Assembly (NCBI GenBank): GCA_021817605.1
Contig: JAKAUN010000012.1
Span: 7,507-71,506, forward strand
Length of the DNA stretch: 64,000 nt
Direction: 5' to 3'
Source of the DNA: Thermoplasmata archaeon
GTDB taxonomy: Archaea; Thermoplasmatota; Thermoplasmata; Lutacidiplasmatales; UBA184
Position numbers and translations under genes: made by a program. Shown piece after piece: positions 57,880 to 64,000 of this stretch (its first letter is position 1; every line of letters begins with the position of its first letter). A model generated the notes under the pieces. That model ran no database searches, had not been told where the DNA came from, and saw only the letters and a list, made by a program, of their open reading frames with translations.

Positions 57880-57949
57880 CGTCCTCCCTCCCCAGCCCCC
57901 CGTGCCAAAGAGCCTACCGCGTCCTGACGGTGATACGCCGGACTCGCGG

Positions 57950-58702
57950 CTAGCCGAACCGGCCGTTCACGTAGTTCTCGGTGAGCTTCTCGTTCGGCCG
58001 GTGGAAGATCGTGGAGGTCTCCCCGATCTCCACGAGCTTGCCCAGGTAGAAGAACGCCGTCCGGTCGGCGAGCCGCACCGCTTGGGCGAGGTTGTGCGTA
58101 ACGAGGACGAGCGTGTAGTCCGAGCGGAGCCGCGCGAGGAGCGACTCGACCCGCGCGGTCGCGATGGGGTCGAGCGATGAGCACGGCTCGTCCAGCAGCA
58201 GCACCTCCGGCCGCACCGCGAGCGCCCGAGCGATGCAGAGCCGCTGCTGCTGTCCGCCCGAGAGGCTCGTGCCGGGGGCGTCCAGCAGATCCTCGACCTC
58301 CTCCCAGAGCCCCGCCGCTTCGAGCGCCTCCGCGACCCCCTCCTCCAGCTCGTCGTGTCGGCGGACCCCGAGCAGGCGGAGGCCCGCGGCGACGTTCTCG
58401 AAGACGGAGAGGTTCGGGAACGGATTCGGCTTCTGGAAGACCATCCCGACGCGGCACCGCACGAGGGCCGGGTCCGCCCGAACGAGGTTCTCGCCGTCCA
58501 GCTCGATCCTCCCCTCGACGCGCCCGCCGGGGAGCTCCTCGTGAAGGCGGTTGAGGCACCTGAGGAAGGTCGACTTCCCGCAGCCGGAAGGGCCGACGAT
58601 CGCGGTGGTCGCCCGCTCCTCGAGCTCGAGGTCGATGTCGTAGAGCGCCTGGCGGCTCCCGTACCAGGCGTTGAGCCCTTCGACCCGCATCTTTGCCGGC
58701 AT
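57950..58702 (-). CDS. pstB: Phosphate ABC transporter ATP-binding protein
   Basis: GPSGCGKST, MVFQKPNPFP, LSGGQQQRLCIARALA, TENYVNGRFG. Confidence 0.93.
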   Translation of the reverse strand: MPAKMRVEGLNAWYGSRQALYDIDLELEERATTAIVGPSGCGKSTFLRCLNRLHEELPGGRVEGRIELDGENLVRADPALVRCRVGMVFQKPNPFPNLSVFENVAAGLRLLGVRRHDELEEGVAEALEAAGLWEEVEDLLDAPGTSLSGGQQQRLCIARALAVRPEVLLLDEPCSSLDPIATARVESLLARLRSDYTLVLVTHNLAQAVRLADRTAFFYLGKLVEIGETSTIFHRPNEKLTENYVNGRFG

Positions 58703-58706
58703 CGTC

Positions 58707-60668
58707 CTAGCTCGCGCCCGCCTCCGTTCCCCGGCCGAAGAGGAGCCGCGCCAGGAGGCTCGTCGCGGCCATGATCCCGAGAAGGACCAGGGCCGCACCC
58801 CAGGCCTCGGCCACGTAGCCGGGGGAGCCGCCGTAAACGGTGAGGGCGTCGTAGATGAACGGAGCGAGCGCCGGCGCGGGGCCACGGAGACCCGTGAGCC
58901 AGTAGGTGCTCACCCCCGCTGTCAGCACGAGAGCGGCGGTCTCCCCGCCGGCCCGCATGAGGGCGAGAAGGCTCCCGGTGACGACCGACGCGCGGGCGCT
59001 CCCGAGCACGACACGCAACGTGACCCGGTGGCGGGGGAATCCGAGGGCCAGGGCCGCCTCCCGGACGGTGGCGGGCACGGACCGGAGCGCGGCGTCCGTC
59101 GCCTTCGCGACGATGGGCATCATCAGCACCCCGAGCGCGACCGCCCCGGCGAGGGCGCTCTGCGCGTCCGGGCGGTCCCACCGCAGGAAGATCGCCAGGA
59201 GAACGATCCCCAAGAGGATGCTCGGCGTCCCGAGCAGCGCATCGACCAGGAGGCCGACCCCCCTGCCGAAGGTGCGACGACCGTACTCGGCCAGGTAGAT
59301 GCCGAGCAGCAGTCCTCCAGGGATACCCAGGGCGGCGCCCAGCGCGAGGAGGACGACCGTCCCTTCGATCTCGGGGCCGATGCCCCCGGGCGGGCAGCCT
59401 TGCGAGGCGTTGAGCCCGCAGGGAGGGCCCGGCTCGGACGTGTAGAACGACGGGCGGAGGGCGACGCCAGCTCCCTGGGCGACCGCTGTCGAGACCAGGC
59501 TGGCGAGAGGCAGCGCCGCTAGGACGACGGCGGCGAGGACCAGGACGAGGACCGCCCGTTGCAGCTGGCGCCGACGCCGCAGTCGTGGCGGGCGTCCCTG
59601 CTCGACCCGATCCCACCAGCTCGGGACCCCCGCGGAGGCCGACCCCTTCGGCCGCACGTCTCCGTGTCGCAGGGAGGGCCGCCGACGGGTCGGGGGACCC
59701 GGGAGGGCCGAGCGGAGCTCCCTTCGGCCGAGGAACCAGCGGGCGCCGACGTTGAGGCCGAGCGAGATGGCGAAGAGCACCAACGCGAGCTCGAAGAGGG
59801 CGCTGCGCTCGAGGCCCTGCGAGCCGGCGAAACGGGCGACCAGCCAGCTCGGGATGGTGGCGGTGGCGGAGAAGAGCGAGCGGGGGGCGGCCGGGGTGTT
59901 GCCGATGACGAGGGCTACGGCGATCGTCTCCCCGACTGCCCTACCGAGGCCGAGGGTCACGGCGCCGACAAGACCCGGGAGGGCCGAGCCGAGGACCGTC
60001 ATGCGGCTCGCCTCCCACCGGGTCGCCCCGAGACCGAGAGCGGCCTCCCTCTGGCTCCGAGGCACGGAGCGCAGCGCGTCCCGGGAGAGCGCTGCCACTG
60101 TCGGCAGGATCATGATCGCGAGGACGAGCGCCCCGGCGAGGAGGCCGGTGCCGAGGACCGGGCCGGCGAAGAGAGGGATCCCCGGCGTCACGGCTGCGAG
60201 CGCGGGCTCTACGGCGCCCCGCAGGAACGGGACGAGGACCGCAAATCCCCAGAAGCCGTAGACCACCGAAGGGATCGCGGCACCGAGGTCGACGAAGTAG
60301 GCGAGCGGCGAGCGCCACCGCTGGGGAGCGAACTCGGAGGCGAAGAGGGCGACCCCCAGGGCCACCGGGACGGCGAGGAGAAGCGCGAGAGCGCTCGTGA
60401 GAAGGGTGCCGAGGATCTCGGGCCACCCTCCGAAGGAGGAGGTCGGCACGCTCCAGACCGAACGGAGCAGAAACCCCCCGCCGAAGTGGGCCAGTGCCGG
60501 CGCGGCACCGCTGGCCAAGAGATAGATGAGTCCGCCGACAAAAACGGTGAGGGCCGCTGCGGCCAGGACCGTCCCACCCTGGAACAGCGCCCCGAGGCCT
60601 CGCAGGAAGGCCAGCCGTCGTCCCTTCTCCATGGGGGCGAGCCGTTCCCCGCTCGCCAGGCCCGCCAC
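58707..60668 (-). CDS. pstC-pstA: Fused phosphate ABC permease PstC-PstA
   Basis: PstC half (AAIPSVVYGFWG, REAALGLGATRWE, GRAVGETIAV), Arg/Pro linker, PstA half (GGIGPEIEGT, IYLAEYG, GTPSILLG, RAGGETA). Confidence 0.88.
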   Translation of the reverse strand: MAGLASGERLAPMEKGRRLAFLRGLGALFQGGTVLAAAALTVFVGGLIYLLASGAAPALAHFGGGFLLRSVWSVPTSSFGGWPEILGTLLTSALALLLAVPVALGVALFASEFAPQRWRSPLAYFVDLGAAIPSVVYGFWGFAVLVPFLRGAVEPALAAVTPGIPLFAGPVLGTGLLAGALVLAIMILPTVAALSRDALRSVPRSQREAALGLGATRWEASRMTVLGSALPGLVGAVTLGLGRAVGETIAVALVIGNTPAAPRSLFSATATIPSWLVARFAGSQGLERSALFELALVLFAISLGLNVGARWFLGRRELRSALPGPPTRRRPSLRHGDVRPKGSASAGVPSWWDRVEQGRPPRLRRRRQLQRAVLVLVLAAVVLAALPLASLVSTAVAQGAGVALRPSFYTSEPGPPCGLNASQGCPPGGIGPEIEGTVVLLALGAALGIPGGLLLGIYLAEYGRRTFGRGVGLLVDALLGTPSILLGIVLLAIFLRWDRPDAQSALAGAVALGVLMMPIVAKATDAALRSVPATVREAALALGFPRHRVTLRVVLGSARASVVTGSLLALMRAGGETAALVLTAGVSTYWLTGLRGPAPALAPFIYDALTVYGGSPGYVAEAWGAALVLLGIMAATSLLARLLFGRGTEAGAS

Positions 60669-60678
60669 GTCGCCTCCC

Positions 60679-60822
60679 TCAGCTGCACACGGGAACGACG
60701 GCGCGCCGGTAGATCGTCGCGCCGGCCGCGGCGAGGGCCGCCACCCCGTAGAGCGGCCCTCGGTCCGACCGACGGCGCACCGTGCGGGGGCGGGGCCGGC
60801 CCGTGGTCGGAACCGGGTTCAC
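60679..60822 (-). pseudogene. 47-codon ORF at the pstS position: possible internally deleted pstS remnant
   Basis: GAGGAGG plus GTG start, basic N-region then a truncated hydrophobic stretch, stop directly followed by the GGGAGG RBS of pstC. Confidence 0.4.
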
Positions 60823-61140
60823 CCGCCCTCCTCGACATGCCCGCGAGGACGACGCCCCGAGCCGGGAGGCGTGCCCGGATGCCGAGGAGCTCCGCCGCCG
60901 TCGCCCCGCATCGGCGAGAAGGGGCCGCAACCGACCCATAAACCTGCCTGTGTGACCCGCAAGTTTCCCACGTTATAGCTACCGGCACATCGTGCGGCGG
61001 CGCGCGAGACCTTGGCGGCATGCGCGTCCGCAGAGGATGGTAAACTATTGGGACATCTGGCCCGCGCCAAGCTTCTCTTTGGCGCGGAGCCCGCCGGTTG
61101 CCGGTCCGCAGCCTTTTGGTCGACGGGCTGCTACGGGACC

Positions 61141-61707
61141 GTGGCCGACGGAGCCTCCGCCGCCGAGAGAGGGTTCGTCGTCTGGATCGAAGGTCTCCCG
61201 TGCGCGGGCAAAACGACCATCTCCCGGGCGGTCGCCGAGCGCCTGCGGGTCGACGGCCTCGAGGTCGAGGTCCTGGACGGGGACGAAGTGCGCCGGATGT
61301 TCTCGCCGGAGCTCGGCTTCTCGCGTAAGGACCGCGAGTTCCACGCCCGACGGGTGAGCTACGTCGCGCGGATGCTCTCGCGCCATGGCGTCTCGGTCCT
61401 CGTGGCGATGATCACCCCGTACGAGACCTCCCGACAGGCCGCCCGGGCGACAGTGGGAGGGCGGTTCGACGAGGTCTGGCTCCGTTGCCCGGTAGAGGTC
61501 TGCCGCCAGCGGGACGTCCACGGGCTCTATCGGAGGGCCGCGACGCCCACGGGAGGGAAGATCACCGGCCGCGACGACCCGTTCGAGGAACCGCTCAACC
61601 CCGACCTCGTGGTCGACACCGCGAGCGATACGGTGGAGCTCGCGACCGGCAAGATCCTCGAGCACCTGCGGGGCCGCGGCCTTCTCCCGCCGTTGGCTCC
61701 GGCCTGA
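61141..61707 (+). CDS. cysC: Adenylyl-sulfate kinase, divergent copy
   Basis: GLPCAGKTT, LDGDEVR, LGFSRKDR, RDVHGLY, DDPFEEP. Confidence 0.85.
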   Translation: MADGASAAERGFVVWIEGLPCAGKTTISRAVAERLRVDGLEVEVLDGDEVRRMFSPELGFSRKDREFHARRVSYVARMLSRHGVSVLVAMITPYETSRQAARATVGGRFDEVWLRCPVEVCRQRDVHGLYRRAATPTGGKITGRDDPFEEPLNPDLVVDTASDTVELATGKILEHLRGRGLLPPLAPA

Positions 61708-61740
61708 ACGGGAGCCCCACCGGGTCCGCGTCGCCGTGGT

Positions 61741-62316
61741 TCAGCGACGCGTCGGCTCGGTCGCCGTCGCGGGCGCGGCGTGCGCAAGGTAACCCTGGCG
61801 CTCGAGCTCGCCCAGGATGTAGTCGGCCGACTGGGAAGGGGCGAGGCCGACCGCGTCGACGACGATCTCCGGTCGCTCGGGGGCTTCGTAAGGGTCGTCC
61901 ACGCCCGTCATCTCGTGGATCTCGCCGGCGCGGGCCTTGCGGTAGAGGCCTTTGACGTCGCGCTGCTCGCAGACCTCGAGCGGGGTATTGACGTAGATCT
62001 CCACGAACCGGCCGATCGTCTCCCGCGCCCGGGCCCTCGAGCTGCGGTAGGGAGAGATGAGCGCCACGATCGGCACCGCCCCGTTGCGTGCCAAGAGCTT
62101 CGCCACGAAGGCGACGCGCCCCGCGTGGGCCTCGCGCGACGCGCGGTCGAATCCGAGGTCGGCGCTCAGCCCCTTGCGGATCTCGTCCCCGTCGAGGAGC
62201 TCGGCGAACCAGCCGCGCCCGGCAAGCCGCTCGGCGAGGACGCGGCCGATCGTCGTCTTGCCGGCGCTCGGAAGACCCGTGAGCCACAGGCAGAATCCTG
62301 AAGGTCGTTGGGACAT
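61741..62316 (-). CDS. cysC: Adenylyl-sulfate kinase
   Basis: WLTGLPSAGKTT, LDGDEIR, ISPY, RDVKGLY, TGVDDPYEAP. Confidence 0.93.
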   Translation of the reverse strand: MSQRPSGFCLWLTGLPSAGKTTIGRVLAERLAGRGWFAELLDGDEIRKGLSADLGFDRASREAHAGRVAFVAKLLARNGAVPIVALISPYRSSRARARETIGRFVEIYVNTPLEVCEQRDVKGLYRKARAGEIHEMTGVDDPYEAPERPEIVVDAVGLAPSQSADYILGELERQGYLAHAAPATATEPTRR

Positions 62317-62330
62317 CGTGACCACCCACC

Positions 62331-63497
62331 CTACGTTGTCAGGAGCACGTCCGGCCGACGGAGGATCTCCGCGACCTCCGGGCGCAGCAGCTCCACGGGA
62401 ATAGCGTCGCCTTTGGCCAGGCTCGTGCGGATCCGGGTCTGGCTGGTGTCAAGACGGGCCTCGGGGCCGTGCGCGCACGTCTTCGAGCTCGCCATCCCCC
62501 CGCACCTGCGGCAGTAGAACGATTCCTCGTAGCGTAGGGGCGTGATACCGATGTCGTACTCGTCGAAGATCCGGTGGCAGGCGTACGGCTCGTAGAACGC
62601 TCCGACCCCGGCCTGGTCGCGGCCGACGATGTAGGCAGCGCAGCCGAAGTTCTTGCGCACGATCGCGAGGAAGAGCGCCGCCTTCGGGCCCGCGTAGCGC
62701 ATCGTGATCCCCAGGGGGCGGACGATCACGCGATCGGCGGGATAGTAGTGGCTGACCAGCGCGTTGTACGCCGCCAGGATCACCTCGGGACGGTAGTCCC
62801 CCTTCTTCAGGCGTCCGACGACCGGGTGGATGAGGAGGCCGTCGATCTCCTCCCGCTCGAGCGTGACGCGTTGGAGGTACTCGTGCGCCGTATGCGGAGG
62901 ATTGCGGCACTGGTAGGCGGCGACGGTCTCCCACTTCCTCCGACGGAACTCCTCGCGCATCTCGGCGGGATCGGGCTCGGACCCTTGGCGGCTCTCGTCG
63001 AGGCGGCGCAGGAGGGTGATCCGCCCGCCCCACGCCATCTCGCCGTGGCGCTGGATGTCGGCGACGTTCGGGTGCTTCGGGTCGACGGTGCCGTAGGCCG
63101 ATCGGGCGATGGCGGCACTGTCGAGCCGGAACTTCTCGTCAATGCGAAGGAGGGCGACGGCCTGCCCCCTCGCGTCGAGGACGGCGACCTCGTCCCCACC
63201 TTTCAGCTCCTCGACGGGTCGGCCGGCCGCGCCGGTCGGCACGGGGAAGTAGATGGGCATCGGCCAGGGAAGGCCGTTCGGCAGCTTGCCCGAGCGTGTC
63301 ACCGATTCCAGGGTGGCGGCGTCCATGAACCCCTCGAGGGGGCTGTAGGCGCCGATGCCGATCTTCTCCGCGTCGTAGAGCTGGTCGACGAAAGGGGTCA
63401 CCTTGGCGAGGTCGCGGAGCTCTCCCTCGCGACGCTCGAGCTCGGCAGTGCTCGCCCTGAGGTCGACGAGTCGGCCGCCATGAGGCTCCGGGATCAC
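62331..63497 (-). CDS. sat: Sulfate adenylyltransferase (ATP sulfurylase)
   Basis: PEPHGGRL, GAYSPLEGFM, QCRNPPHTAHEYL, KKGD, MRYAGPK.A, RKNFGC, VGRDQAGVG. GTG start with GGAGG. Confidence 0.93.
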   Translation of the reverse strand: MIPEPHGGRLVDLRASTAELERREGELRDLAKVTPFVDQLYDAEKIGIGAYSPLEGFMDAATLESVTRSGKLPNGLPWPMPIYFPVPTGAAGRPVEELKGGDEVAVLDARGQAVALLRIDEKFRLDSAAIARSAYGTVDPKHPNVADIQRHGEMAWGGRITLLRRLDESRQGSEPDPAEMREEFRRRKWETVAAYQCRNPPHTAHEYLQRVTLEREEIDGLLIHPVVGRLKKGDYRPEVILAAYNALVSHYYPADRVIVRPLGITMRYAGPKAALFLAIVRKNFGCAAYIVGRDQAGVGAFYEPYACHRIFDEYDIGITPLRYEESFYCRRCGGMASSKTCAHGPEARLDTSQTRIRTSLAKGDAIPVELLRPEVAEILRRPDVLLTT

Positions 63498-63788
63498 GGG
63501 AAGACCTCCGACGGCGCGAGGTCGCAGAGAGCGAGGGGCCCTGACATGCCGGACCGCGCCGGACCCGTGCGAGTATTTGGCTCCCACGGGGGTCAAGGAG
63601 CCGAGCCCCGGGCGACCGTGGCGGCACCGGGGCACGATCGATGGTCCCGCCCTCTCCCAAAGGAAAGCGGGGAAAAGGGGCCGGAGGGCGGCGCGTCGCG
63701 CCGGGTCCGACCCCTTATCCCCCTTCGTCGGGTTGGCGAGGAGGGCGTCCGCGTGACGCCCCCCGCCGCGGAGGACGAAGGACCCTCG

Positions 63789-64000
63789 ATGACCGGCACG
63801 ACGAGCCTTTCGGCCCTCATGGAAGGCGACCACCACGATCTCGACGAGGTGCTCGTCCGTTTCCGCTCGACGCCGGGGGCTCAGATCGCCTCCCGTAGAG
63901 AGCTCTTCACGCGCTTTGCGAGCGGGTTGCGCCGCCACATCTCCCTCGAGGAGCGTCGCCTCTTCCCCCGCATGGAGGAGGGCGGACCGGAGAGCCATCG
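63789..64000 (+). CDS. Hemerythrin HHE-domain protein, partial (runs off the window)
   Basis: Translated by hand: MTGTTSLSALMEGDHHDLDEVL...LRRHISLEERRLFP. Confidence 0.75.
   Translation, partial: MTGTTSLSALMEGDHHDLDEVLVRFRSTPGAQIASRRELFTRFASGLRRHISLEERRLFPRMEEGGPESH

Noticed and set aside
189-63998. Many long Arg/Pro/Gly-rich ORFs in the track (e.g. 189-1250, 47803-49869, 57967-59616)
   Set aside because: These are antisense or off-frame shadows of recognised genes, expected at high GC, and carry no motifs.

Overview
Very GC-rich, gene-dense chromosomal window, most likely from an archaeon of the class Thermoplasmata. This is inferred from a thermopsin-family protein, thermopsin-type 'FxExGLxxGxxW' surface repeats, an HVO_0163-like double winged-helix regulator and TATA-like boxes about 25-45 nt before several starts. 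Left end: a minus-strand operon DsrE-like / ArsR / TusA / atypical MvhD / HdrL-type (HdrA-GltD fusion) / HdrA that runs off the window. Middle: two head-to-head prenyltransferase-fold paralogs, several secreted or surface proteins, three ABC-2 exporters, a two-finger C2H2 protein and several pseudogenes. Also in the middle: a secreted protein with 19 consecutive N-glycosylation sequons at strict 5-residue spacing, upstream of a membrane-protein / wHTH / surface-protein module. Right end: two PLP aminotransferases, a Zn-dehydrogenase, an NDP-sugar synthase, an NDH-2-like enzyme, a pstC-pstA fusion with pstB and a probable collapsed pstS remnant, sat, two convergent APS kinases and a partial hemerythrin-domain gene. 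No rRNA, tRNA, CRISPR array, transposase or integrase was recognised. Most long ORFs in the supplied track are GC shadow ORFs. All calls come from reading motifs by eye, with no database searches.
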